This document shows, piece by piece, positions 22,797 to 34,027 of a stretch of 64,000 nucleotides of DNA. Source of the DNA: Mantamonas sphyraenae STR306 (taxonomy: Eukaryota; Protista; CRuMs); the NCBI GenBank assembly GCA_026936335.1, contig JAPMXV010000044.1, positions 372,001 to 436,000 of the forward strand, in the 5' to 3' direction. Numbering within the stretch: the stretch's first letter is position 1; each line of letters begins with the position of its first letter. A program made the position numbers and the translations under genes. The notes under the pieces were generated by a model. The model saw only the letters and a list, made by a program, of their open reading frames with translations, was not told the origin of the DNA and did not search any database.

Positions 22797-25700
22797 ATGG
22801 AGGAGGGCAAGAAGCGCCAACGAAGTAGGGTCAAAGTCGTTGGCAAGTATGCCATCGGCAAGACCCTTGGTGAGGGCTCCTATGGCAAGGTCAAGCTGTG
22901 TAAAAATCTAGAGACAGGCGTCAAGGTAAGCTGACGCAAGGTGCCGCCTTGCAACCGGGGCAAAGACCCCCTTTTTTCAGCGCGTCGGAAGCGTCGGCGC
23001 GCTGGGACAACCCGCCCGTCGATCTTTCCTTCTGCCGTCTCTTGCACGGTCCCGATTGCTCAGCAGGGCACATACTCTCGCCGTGCTTTCGTTCCCATGT
23101 AGCCGGACACTCACACATGCGTTTTCCATCTGCTCAGTGTGCGGTGAAGATCATCCGCAAGAGCAGGGTCGACCGAGGAACCATCAAGCGCATCAACCGG
23201 GAAATCCAGGTGAGCTCCTTTTCCTCTTTCTCACCGGCCCCTGGTGCATACACGGCGTCTGCCACGTCATCCACGTGCTTGTTACCCTCTCCTGCAATCC
23301 TCGCATGCATAGACACCCCTCGCGACCGACACGTGTCCACGTGGCACGCCCACGGCGCCGAGGTTGTCGGCGGGAGAGGGCTTGGGCAAATGGCGCTCGG
23401 AAAAGCCCGCGCTGTGGACACGCTGCTTGGATGCACATGGCTCACTCTGCCCCAATGATCTCGCTCGGGCGATGCACAGATTCTCAAGTCGCTGGACCAT
23501 CCCAACATTGTGCGCCTGTTCGACGTGCTGAGTACTTCCAAGTGAGTTTTGGGTTTGCGTTCCTGGCAGCAAAGACGCCTTGTTTTGCGGCTGCTTGCCG
23601 CCCCAGCGTCGCTGCTGACACCTTTGCGGCGCCGCCGTCCACCTGGACGTGTTTGCACACATGTCCTGCGTCTCGCCTGCACGTTGCCCACAGATCCATT
23701 TATATCGTGATGGAGTACTGTAGCGGAGGGGAACTGTTTGACTACATCATCGACAACAAGCGCGTGTCGGAGGATGAATCCCGGGGTCTGTTTGCGCAGA
23801 TTGTGCGGGGAGTGTATTATTGCCATCAGAGGCACATTTGCCATCGTGACCTGAAGCCCGAAAACATTCTGCGGGACCAGGACGGCAACCTGAAGATCAT
23901 CGACTTTGGCCTGAGCAACCTGTGCACGCCTGGGCAAATGATGGACAGCAACTGCGGCTCACCGCAGTACACAGCCCCCGAAGTGGCCGCCAATCAGAAC
24001 TACAACACTGCGGTGGACATCTGGAGCATGGGGGTCATCCTGTTTGCGCTGCTCACAGGGTACGCGCCGTTTGACGACAGCAACACACAGGTGCTGCTGT
24101 ACAAGGCACAGAACGAACTGTTTGAAATCCCAAAGTTCTTGTCCAGTGAATGCCGGGACGTCATCCGCAGCATGCTGGTGGCCAACCCGGAGAAACGCGC
24201 CACCATGATCGACCTGTACAACCACCCATGGCTTGCTGGCGAGTTTACACAGGAGGAGCTGGACGACGTGGCCAACGATCTCGAGAACGGCGGCGGCTCA
24301 TTGTCGGTGGACGACGAGAGCGAGCTGTCCTCGTCCATGTACTCCATGTCGCACAGCAACAGCCGCGGGTCGAGCACAGATCTGAACCCCATCTCGGAGG
24401 AAGGGGATCACAACGACCATGCGCACGGCAGGAACAAGGCGTCCAAGGGCAAGGCAGCGAAGCACGGCGGAGGTAAAACGATCGACGAACAGGTGGACGA
24501 GGCGCTGGCCATGGACGAGGCGATGGAGGCGCAGAAGCGTCGTGCACAACGGCGACGACAACAAGAGCTGGAGGAGCAGGAACATGAGCGGGAGCAGGGG
24601 CAGGGCCAGCAGACGACAACCTTGACTGGAAGGGACCGCACGGTGAGCCAGGACGAAGAGGACGACGAAGAGGAAGAGGGCGGTGTGGACATGTACCACC
24701 ACCCGTCGTCGGTGCCGATCGGAGCGGAGCTGCCGGACATGAGGTTGTCGTCGCGTAGCAACTCGCGCAGCAGCTCAAGGCAGGGATCGCGAGGGCCGTC
24801 GAGGCCGAGTTCGCGGTCGAGCTCGCGTCAGGGAAGCAGGAGGATGTCTGTGAACGAGGAACTGGAGCTGTACAACCGCAGGCGTCGACGCCGAGGATCG
24901 TCGGTGAGCAGTGTGGACTCGCTGCCGCAGCTGTCGTCGTCGGTGGACAGCTCGTCGGGCATGGATGCATACGACGAGATGCGCAGCGGGAGCACGGGCA
25001 GCGGGTTCCATCGCATGCGATCGGGCTCGGGCGGGCGTGCACAGATTCGGTACAGCAATTCGCCTCCCGTGCAGCGTGGCATTGTGCGTGTGAACAGCCG
25101 GGAGTCGAGCGTGAGCACAGATTCGCACTCGTCGTTCATGTCGACGAGCAGCGGGGCTAGCAGCTCGTCGTACGGCCTGGGCAACATGGGCAACGTCAAC
25201 CGCTTCTACATGTCGCAGATGGGTGTGCGGGACTCGCCAGGACGGTACCGGGGCCTGACGCCGCTGAGTGGCGACAAGGTGCGTTCCATGAGTGTGCTGG
25301 TGGAGGAAGAGACGGAACAGTCGTCGCTGGAGACACTGGTGGACCTGGACGGGGGCAGCACGGTGAGCAGCTACGCGAGTTCGGGCAGCGTGGGCACGGC
25401 GTCCACAAGCAGCAGCGGGATGGGAGTGGGCCCCAGCAGGAGGCAACGCACGTCGTCGCGGCTGGCCGAAGTGCAGAACGAACGCACACCGACACCACCC
25501 AAGGCGTCGCGGGTGTCGCCGTCGGTGCAACACTCGACGGGTCGACTGTCACGCGCACTGGAGAGCAGGTTTGGGGCACAGTTGGATGTGGCACTGGAGG
25601 CAGGTGGGTCGTCGGACAGGAGCAGCACGGAGCTGGGGGCGCTGGCGGAGCGTATCAACGACCATGAAGAGGATGGGCAGCAAGGAAACCGTGAGTCGCG

Positions 25701-26597
25701 CAACATGAGGTCGGCGGGCACAGGGGCAGATGAGGAAGAGGAGGAGGAGATTTCACCCAAGGTGGAGCATGGCGAGGTTGAGGACCGGTTCTGGTCAGAG
25801 GACAACTTTATTGACAGCAAACGAGCCAACACAACCCGTGCGCAGTCGGCGATGCGTGGGGGCAACGGGCTGCGTGTGTCTCGGCGGACGCACAGCAACG
25901 GACTGCGATCACGCAGCTCGTTGAGCAAAACCCTGCAGGATTTGGAGAATGGGAACGGAGGGTAGGGTGTGTGGAGCCGGGGGGTGGGGCTTGGGGGGGG
26001 GGTTGCGCGAGTGCAGGCAGTGAATCCCACATGCTCAGTCGAACAGACACGTCACAATTGCTGAGTGTGTTGGAAGTGTTGCACACGGGGGAGGAGGGTG
26101 ATGAGGAAAGAGGAGTGGGGAAGACGGGAGGAGGACGGAGCAGCAACAGCAATGGAGCAAACAACGCACGCTTCACGCTGGCGCAGCTGGAGACCCAACT
26201 GTCCAAAATGAGCAGCAATGGCCTGCCACCGTTACCAGAAGGCGTCACATTGGACACAGCGGGGTCAGGAAAGGCCAAAAGCAGCAGCAGCAGTAGCAGC
26301 AGCAACAGCAGCAGTGGCATGGGGGGCCGCGGACAGCGTGGGACGCTCTCGAGGGAGACGAGTGTTGAGAGTGTGGCCAGTCGAGGACAGGAGGAGGATG
26401 AAGAAGAGGAAGAGGAGGTTGGCAAAGAGGGAGAGCAGAATGCAGAGGAGGAGGGTGAGGAGGGTGAGGAGGGTGAGGAGGAGGAGGCAAGGGGACAACG
26501 GGGACGAAGCACAGCCAAAGGCCAACAACGAAGGAGAGGAGGATCGTCATCCAGTGAGGCAACAGGGGATCGAAAGAGAGCACGAGTGGCCAGGTGA
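22797..26597 (+). CDS. CAMK-group Ser/Thr kinase (AMPK/SNF1/MARK-related) with a very long Ser/acidic tail
   Basis: Exons 22797-22925, 23138-23209, 23480-23541, 23694-25961 and a probable last exon 26021/26039-26597 (otherwise stop at 25965). Motifs GEGSYGKV, AVK, HPNI, HRDLKPEN, DFG, CGSPQYTAPE. Confidence 0.88.
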
Positions 26598-26603
26598 CAC
26601 ACG

Positions 26604-26634
<31 letters not shown>

Positions 26635-26657
26635 GAGGTGTGTTTGTGAGCAATGAA

Positions 26658-28976
26658 ATGGGTGGAGCCAACGAAAACAAGGCGATGGACCTCTCTACAG
26701 AAGCAGCACTTGAGGAGGAGGAGGATGCAGAGATGCGGATGGTGGAGGAGAGTGCCCTGCGTGCGTTGTCCCCACTGTACGAAGACTTGCAGGAGCTGGA
26801 GGGGCCGCAGACAACGCAGCCGGAAGACTCGGTGGAGGATGAGGATGAGGATGACGACGATGACGCTGCCAGCTTTGCCACAGCCCCCACCAGCCCAAAT
26901 GTGGTGTCCCCAATGCGACTGAAGAGCCCCGTGCGAAGGAAAGCCCACACGCCAGAGGCACTGCGGCGTGTGGAGGAGGCGGAACAGGCGATGGAGACGC
27001 TGCAGCCGTACCTTCAAACGCTGCAGCACCACTGGGCAGAGGTGGTGGATGGCGAACATGCAAAGGGACAGGAAGAGGCACCCCTTCAGGCTTCGTTTGT
27101 GCTGCCAGGCACGGAGGATGAGGCTCTGGAGGGCAGGGACGGGACTGACAAGCGCGAAGCGGAGGAGGCGGCGGCGAACATTCCGCGTCGCCTGAGGCTG
27201 CTCTCGGACATGGACTCGCTGGAGCAGGAGGACGACGAACTAAGCGAATTGACACAACCAGAGGTGGGCGATGGGAACAAGGATGCACAGGGGAGGGAAG
27301 GGCGCAAGGGAAGCCGCACAGGAAGCAGTGGGAAGCCGGGAAAGGAGTCTCGGCGTGGCAGTGGAGGCCGCGGCGCCGGCGTGGGACGACGGCACTCGTC
27401 TGGCAAGCTGCTGTCGGCCAATGCCAGGCAGCTGTTCCAAAGCAAACTGGTGTCCAAGGTGGCCATGCTGCTGCGTGAGGCGATGGAGACGACAGGTGCA
27501 GAAACACGCGAGCAGGTGCTGATGGAGCTGTTCTACAACCTGAGCTGCCCCGTGGAAGCGGCCATTCGGCGACGCTTCAACCAGGATCGGCGACGGACAC
27601 GGCTGCAGCAACAGGAAACGAGTGGAATGGGCACAACGGCATTGCCGCCTCGACTGGCCCACCCTTTGTACTATTTCCAGGTGGTGAGTGAGTACTACGT
27701 GGAGAATCACGAGGAGGCGGTTGCGCTGATGCCCCTGTGCCACACGCTATGGTCCTCAGTCACCTTTCCCTGCATTTTTGCCCTCATCTTTGGCCATTGG
27801 CTGTTTGCACGCACGGGGAGCCATGGGGCAGCGTCGCGGCGCATGTACAATGTCTTTCTGCAGGGGTCCTCGGCGCTGTTCACCCTGGATCTGGAGAACC
27901 GGGCCCAAAAGTACCGTCCGCTGTTCAAGTTGCTCAAGCACTGCGTGCGGGACAACAGTCACATGCAACGGACGCACAGCAGACAGGCCGGCGAGGACAG
28001 AGAGTACATGTACCTTGCCGGATCGTTTGCGATGCGGCCCATGGACACGCAGACGCTGCAGCACGTGTACGCCCTCCTGTGCAAGTTTCTGCTCCATTAC
28101 CAGCGGCCCGGTGCCAACATGCAATGGATCCACGATGTGGACCTGCGCGACAGTCTCGGGGCACACGCTGCTGCAGGGGGCGACGACAACGCATCGTCGC
28201 ACGAGGCTGCAGCCAGTGTGCTCAGCGAGGAGGACGAGCAAACAGATCTCGTGGGAGACGATTCCATCCGTTGTGTGGAGCGTCACCATCCGCAGGGAAG
28301 CCCAGGGCTGTTGCATCATCGAAAGCGAAGCAGTACGAGCAGCAACAGCAGCAGCAGCGGAGAGGGCGATGCATCCACAATGGACGAGGGTGCAGATGCA
28401 AACAGCAAGGATGGGCCACCTCCAAAGCCGTGGGACATGCTTGTCTTTCACACAGTGCGGCAGATGCGCAAGACGCGGAGCGAAGATGCCATCCTCAAGT
28501 ATCTGGGACGGCTCAAGCGCTTGCAACCGGTGCTCCACGACGACACAAAGGTGAGCTGGGCCACACGTGCTCGTCTGCAGAGCTGTCTGTTTACATTCAC
28601 CACTCCCGGAGGCCCTGTGTATCCGTCTCGAGCCCTGCGCAACGCCGCACGCACTGTGCTCAACGACCTCTATCCAAAAGGGGCGTTTGTGCGCACCGCC
28701 ATCCGTTCTGTGTTCCGTCTCTTTCATCCCATCCACCTCCTGTCGTCCATCCTGTACTATCTCAGCCACTGGCTCACGGTGGGGGTGTGGAACTCTGTCC
28801 TGGTGCCAACAATGCGGGCACCCGTCCTCTTGTTCCTCCGCTTCACCCTCGTCTTTCTGGACTCTCTGCTCTCGTTGCAGCCCGTGCGGTCCATCCTGCG
28901 CTTCCTGGCAAGGCTCATGGGACGCAGGCGGAAGGAAGTTGCACAGGTGCAGGCCATTCTGCGGCGCAACACGTGA
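26658..28976 (+). CDS. Conserved uncharacterised eukaryotic protein (F-T-[ST]-PGGPxYPxR family) with acidic N-terminal extension and hydrophobic C-terminus
   Basis: Motifs LMELFYNL, LWSS..FPCIFALIFGHWLF and CLFTFTTPGGPVYPSRALRNAAR..L..LYPKG..VR..I...FRLFHP, which I recall from an unnamed plant/protist family. Confidence 0.65.
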   Translation: MGGANENKAMDLSTEAALEEEEDAEMRMVEESALRALSPLYEDLQELEGPQTTQPEDSVEDEDEDDDDDAASFATAPTSPNVVSPMRLKSPVRRKAHTPEALRRVEEAEQAMETLQPYLQTLQHHWAEVVDGEHAKGQEEAPLQASFVLPGTEDEALEGRDGTDKREAEEAAANIPRRLRLLSDMDSLEQEDDELSELTQPEVGDGNKDAQGREGRKGSRTGSSGKPGKESRRGSGGRGAGVGRRHSSGKLLSANARQLFQSKLVSKVAMLLREAMETTGAETREQVLMELFYNLSCPVEAAIRRRFNQDRRRTRLQQQETSGMGTTALPPRLAHPLYYFQVVSEYYVENHEEAVALMPLCHTLWSSVTFPCIFALIFGHWLFARTGSHGAASRRMYNVFLQGSSALFTLDLENRAQKYRPLFKLLKHCVRDNSHMQRTHSRQAGEDREYMYLAGSFAMRPMDTQTLQHVYALLCKFLLHYQRPGANMQWIHDVDLRDSLGAHAAAGGDDNASSHEAAASVLSEEDEQTDLVGDDSIRCVERHHPQGSPGLLHHRKRSSTSSNSSSSGEGDASTMDEGADANSKDGPPPKPWDMLVFHTVRQMRKTRSEDAILKYLGRLKRLQPVLHDDTKVSWATRARLQSCLFTFTTPGGPVYPSRALRNAARTVLNDLYPKGAFVRTAIRSVFRLFHPIHLLSSILYYLSHWLTVGVWNSVLVPTMRAPVLLFLRFTLVFLDSLLSLQPVRSILRFLARLMGRRRKEVAQVQAILRRNT

Positions 28977-29101
28977 TTTTTTTCGGGAGGTTTGGCATGA
29001 CGCAAGGGGTGGGGGGGGGGGTGGAGATGTGTGTGTGTGTGCGTGTGAATTGTGTTTGGTGGTGAGAAGCAGAGGAAAGAAACGTCAGCGGGGCGATTTC
29101 A

Positions 29102-30406
29102 TCATCCAAATTTGGCTCGCATCCTCCTCACTTGCCAGTCCGCAAGGGGAAGCTGCACAGATGCACCCCAGGCCTGTTCGTTGCTGTGTGCTCGCATGGC
29201 GTACTCATACCAGTGTGAGGACTGGCGGAAATCGGCAAAATTGCCCCGCAGCATCTCCTTCACCTCGCGCACCGCAGGCAGGAACAGGTCTGGTCCCACC
29301 TTGCCCTTGCTGATGAGTTCGTGGGTGGTTGAGGACAGCTCCGAGCTCACGTTGAGCTGCCTCTCGCCCTGGAACCACTCGGTGTACATGTCCAAGGCGT
29401 GCTCCTGCACGTGCTCCTGTGGCATTTCACCCAGCTCCTGTACCCACAGGGTATGGTCCACGAGAAAGTCCAGACTCTCCTCAGCCAATTGGGTCTGTAG
29501 AAAGGCACGGAAGGCCTGCCTGGCAGCGGGCCGTTCCACAAAGTCGTCAAATGTCAACGACTCCCACGGGTCCTTGACCAGCAGCGGCTGTTCCAACTGG
29601 CCACTCTGGGCCATGCTCTGGGCACACGTGTTCCACGTCGTTGCAGCGGCCACGTTCAGGTCGGCCAGCATGTTGGCAATCCCATGGACGGCGGCGCCCA
29701 TGTTGTCCACCCGTTGCAGCAGCAGCGATTCGCTTGTTTGCAGCAGGTACACGTTGCCACGGTCCAACTGGGTCAGAGCCTTGGCTGCCCAGCTGTCCAT
29801 TTCCATCAGCGCCTCCTCTGGGTCCACTCCTTGTGCCAGCTTGGCGCGTGTCTTTTCCAACGACTTGACGTTGACCTTTTTCACCAGCTTTTTGCGCGCA
29901 TCGTACGCCTCCATGACCTCGTCCAGCCGCATGCGCAGTGCCTTGACTGGGACCTGCACCTCGTCCACCCGCTTGGCCATGCTCTGCGAATTGCGCACGG
30001 CCGCCTGTTTGAACTGCTCGGACCACGTCGCCAGAAGCAGGTTGTTCTGGGTGGCCATCACACGTCCCTCCATCACACTGTCTCTCTTTCCGCCCTCTGA
30101 CAACGAGGGAGAGGAGGAGGAGGAGGAGGACGATGACGATGACGACGATCCCCCAAGGGCGAACGACGACCGCTTCTTCTCCTGCTTCTCCTCCACCCAG
30201 CGCTGCATGGGCTGCAGCTGGCTGAACAGGTCGGCCAGATGCAAGTGCAGCTGTGCTGTTTGGTTGTTCAGCTGCTTCAGCGTTGTCAGCGAGTCTTCCA
30301 CCTCGGCGACAATGCGAGCATAGTTGCTCAGGTTCGTTTGCATCCCCTTCAACTCGTTTTCCAACACATCCGGCAGCGGGTGCTTGCCTCGTTTCCACGC
30401 GTCCAT
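29102..30406 (-). CDS. RGS-domain protein with N-terminal long helical (BAR-like?) region
   Basis: C-terminal FRAFLQTQLAEESLDFL...MYTEWF...QLNVS...LFLPAVREVKEML..NFADFRQS is an RGS box. Confidence 0.8.
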   Translation of the reverse strand: MDAWKRGKHPLPDVLENELKGMQTNLSNYARIVAEVEDSLTTLKQLNNQTAQLHLHLADLFSQLQPMQRWVEEKQEKKRSSFALGGSSSSSSSSSSSSSPSLSEGGKRDSVMEGRVMATQNNLLLATWSEQFKQAAVRNSQSMAKRVDEVQVPVKALRMRLDEVMEAYDARKKLVKKVNVKSLEKTRAKLAQGVDPEEALMEMDSWAAKALTQLDRGNVYLLQTSESLLLQRVDNMGAAVHGIANMLADLNVAAATTWNTCAQSMAQSGQLEQPLLVKDPWESLTFDDFVERPAARQAFRAFLQTQLAEESLDFLVDHTLWVQELGEMPQEHVQEHALDMYTEWFQGERQLNVSSELSSTTHELISKGKVGPDLFLPAVREVKEMLRGNFADFRQSSHWYEYAMRAHSNEQAWGASVQLPLADWQVRRMRAKFG

Positions 30407-30471
30407 GAGTTAGGGTGTGTGTGCAACGAGATGAGTCCAAATGCTTTTTGTTGGGTTTAGTTTGGCTGCCG

Positions 30472-32934
30472 TCACGCCGCGGTGTTGTTGTTGTTGTTGT
30501 CTGGTTGGCCCAGGGCCACGGGCAACGAGCGCACGTGGCCCACCCACTTGGGCACAATGGACACAAAGGTGACGTTGTCGTAGTCGACGCCATCGATGCA
30601 AACCTGCAGCGCATCTCCGTCGTGTGTGCACCTGCAGATCAGCTTGTTGATGGGCGCACTCACACCCTCCATCTTTTTGCTGTCCTTGCCCAGACGCTTC
30701 AGAAGCATCTTGTTACGTGACGCACTGTACATCGTTGTCATGTGCAGTGCATCCTTGCCACTCTGTCGCTCCACACGCACAAACTCAAACTTGCCCTTCA
30801 CCGTCTGCTTTTCGTCGCCCGTGCCTCCCCCTGCAATCACATCGCCACCCGAACCCACCCCAGAGCCACTGCCCATCCCCGCATTGTTGCTGTTGTTCAC
30901 GTTGCTGCCGCTACCGCTGCTGCTGCTGCTGCTGCTTCCTCCTCCACCCAAGCCCGACCCGCTGCCCAGGTTGCCCGAGCGTCCTTGCAACAACTCGCCA
31001 GAGCTACCTCCCAAGCCCGACCCGCTGGCCGAGCCTCCCCCCTGCGCGGCAGACGGCGACGTGGTCGAGGCTTCCTTCTCCTTGCGTTTGAACAGGTTGC
31101 CGTTGGAGAAGGACCATGCGTCCATCTGCAAGTCGACTGCTTCGCTCTCCTCGCCAAAGCTCACGCTGACCAGATACGGCACACTGAGCTGCTTGACTTC
31201 CTTGTTGCCCTTGCCGCTCTTTTGGGTGATCAACACCTCGCCAATGTCCACCTGCATCACCTTTGCCTCTTGCTGGCCCACGTACTCGTACACCAGCGAG
31301 TCGATCAGCTCGATGTCTGCGTCGCGCTCGTCATCCTCACCTGTGATGCTGTGCTCCCACACGCCGTGGCCGTAGAACAGCTCTTCGTACCGTGCGTCAC
31401 GCGCTGCCACGTACGTGGGCAGCTGCAGCACTTCCGTCTGCTGTGGCAACGGGATGGGATAGAACACAATGCCCTTGAGCTTGTTGTACGCCTGCCTACG
31501 CTTGGCCAGCGAGTTCAGCCAGCAGTCAAGCACGGTGTGGAAGAACTTGTTGCTGCCGATCAGTCCCAGCCGCAATCCTCGCTCTCCGTACGGGTTCTTG
31601 CTCACGTGTGCCGCCATGGCCGTCAGCGCCTGTGCCACCTTGTCTGCGTCGTCGCAGCCCACGGTGTGTGCACTCAGCACAGAGTCTTCGATCTGGTGGC
31701 ACACTTCGCTCACCTCCAACAGCTCCCGTCCCACCTGCTCGCTGCAGTCAATCAGTATCATGTGGCCCTCCACCGAGCTCGACGCAAGCGCACATTCCAG
31801 TTGCTCTTCAAAGTCCATCGAGATTCGCCGTGCGTTGTTCATGAACGACACCTGTTCTGCAATGCGCACCCCTTCCGTTTCCTCCGCCGCGCTCTCGTCG
31901 TCGCCCAGCCCATGCACTCCCTCTGTGGCCGTTGCCGTGCCTCCGTCCACGCCGCCGCTCCCTCCTGCGCCACTCAACCCTGCGGCTGCTTCCGCGCCTC
32001 CCTCTGAGCTATCTCCTCCGCTGCGCCCGCCCTCTTCCAGGCTGTTGCTTCTGTACATGCGCCCAGACGCGCTAAAGTCAAAGGGCATCTCGCTCCCCGA
32101 CGACTCGTCGTCTTCTGCGCTGATCGATCTCAGCATCGTGCGACGTGCCCCTTCGCCCCCACTCATGATCCCTGAGCCCCAACTCAGTCCGTCGCTTCCT
32201 CCAAAGCCCATCTCCTCGTCCGAATCGGTGCTTCCGCCTGTGCTCGACACCTCGTCTGCATACGCCTCGTCATTGTCTGATCCCGTCGGCCTCAACGCGT
32301 CCAGTTCCTCGTGCAGACGGAGGATGGTTTCGTCGTCCTCCACATTGTCCAATGGCGCCTCTGATTCGTCGGTTGCCATTCCCGACGATCCACTGCTCGT
32401 GCTTCCCGCTCGATCCCGGTGTTTTTGCCCCGCAGAATGGATGCTCGCGCTGCTGCTGCTGCTGGACGTCGCTGCGTTGTTGTTGATGTTACTGCTTGCG
32501 CTGTTGTTGTTGCTGGTGCTGGTGCTTGCGCTGCTGCTGCTGCTGGTGCTGCTGTTGGTGTTTCCTGCACTGCCTTGGGCGTTTGTTTGGCCTGAAGTAG
32601 ATGAGGCCGTCGACTTTTTCCGTGCAAAGTCTGTCCACTTCTTCAGCCGTGTCCTGGCCAGCGTGTCCCTCAGTTTCTTGATTTTCTGTCTTCCTTGGTT
32701 CTTAAAGTGGTCAAAGGGCATTTCGTCGCCTCCAACCAACTCGTGCATGAACGGGTCGTGTTCCTCCTCCTCGTCCGACACATACTCCCCTTCCAGGTCG
32801 TCCTCCTCATCCGACATCTCTGCCACCTCTTCGTCCACCGCCAACGAACGCAGCGTGCAGTTGATCCGTGCCACCACCTCCTTTGGCGATGTCACCGAGT
32901 ACAGATTCAGGTCGCCCTCGAAATCACATTGCAG

Positions 32935-32977
<43 letters not shown>

Positions 32978-33879
32978 TGGGTGCGCTTGTGCTGCAGTGT
33001 CTCCTCTTGCAAACGTACCAGCTCCTCCACACTCATGGTGGCCGCAGCAATCACTTTGTCTTTGCGTCGTCGCCTCTCCCTGATGATCATGATGCTGAGG
33101 AGATTGGTGGGCTCCTTCACGTTGTGGTAGTAATGGATGGAATAAGTCAGGTTCACCGCAAGGTCGGTGTGGTCTTGGTGCTCTGCCAGCGAGATCTCGC
33201 TCGAAGTCAGCTTTCGTCTCGCGCCCAGAACCTTGACGCTAAGGTGGACCTCTGTCAGCGGCGCAAAACTGCCGTACAGCTCTGTGCGACGTCGCATGTG
33301 TGTCAGCTGTCTCTCTTCTGTCCGATGAACCGTCCGTGCTGCCAACACATGTCCTTGGCAGTGCCCACGGCGCACTTGTCTTGGCCCAAAAAATTGAGCA
33401 AGGTGGAAAAGACGGGGAATGAGGGTGTTGCCTTTCCACGCCGCGTCTCTGCACTTACCGATGCGTGTGATGCGCACAGAACACATGCGGTGCACAAAAT
33501 ACGCCTTCCAGATACCCTTGCTGTGCTTTGGAGGGATGGTGCTGACTTCGTTCTGCTGGAAAGGGTGCGTGGAGCCTCCCTGGGCCCCCTCCGTGTCGTC
33601 CGAACCCAATCTCTTGTCCGCACGCCATTCGAGCAGGTTGCGTCCACGCTCAGAGTTGGACCGCTTCCTCGGCGCTCCGCTTGCGCTGCCGCTGCCTCCT
33701 CCCTGCTGATGCTGTTGTTGCTGTTGGTGGTGGTGGTGGTCGCTGCCGCCAAATGGCCCCGACCCAGCCGACCCTGCACTGGCGGCAGAGTGGGGCGTCG
33801 ATCCAGAGCCCACTCCTGACTCTGGGCCGTTACTCCCCACAGAAACCGCCAGTGGCGACTCTGGTGGAGCTCCTTGCAT
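30472..33879 (-). CDS. PACS: Phosphofurin acidic cluster sorting protein (PACS-1/2 homologue)
   Basis: Exons 33879-33459, 33281-33019, 32934-30472. FBR-like VKVLGARRKLTSSEI..LTYSIHYYHNVK...NLLSIMI; acidic middle region; C-terminus INKLIC....LQVCIDGVDYDNVTFVSIVPKWVGHVRSLPV matches the PACS C-terminus. Confidence 0.85.
32936..32974. repeat. (TG/CA)n microsatellite at the 3' end of a PACS intron; similar tracts near 8408, 14379, 19455, 19555, 22533, 26604, 29028 and 57724
   Basis: Directly visible dinucleotide runs. Confidence 0.95.
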
Positions 33880-34027
33880 GGTTTTTGTGTTGTGTTGGAC
33901 AACGCGAAGCGACAACGGTGGATTGTTGGCGGGATGAGGATGCAGGTGACGGATGGTGGATGGGTGCGCTGAGGGTGGGAGGGTGTGCGTGTGGGTTCGT
34001 GTGCCCTCATTGCTCCAATATTATTCG

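Noticed and set aside
25963-26700. Stop-codon readthrough, or fusion of the kinase with the 26658-28976 gene
   Set aside because: The downstream ORF is out of frame with the TAG and a short phase-2 intron explains it. The obvious donor at 26594 and acceptor at 26700 are phase-incompatible, and a good ATG exists at 26658. Not fully excluded, since a GTGAGG donor at 26554 would fit.
29052-33130. Long antisense ORFs (29052-30323 +, 31469-33130 +; also 17602-19113 +, 59907-61235 +)
   Set aside because: Shadow frames of real genes on the opposite strand, expected in GC-rich coding DNA; no recognisable domains.
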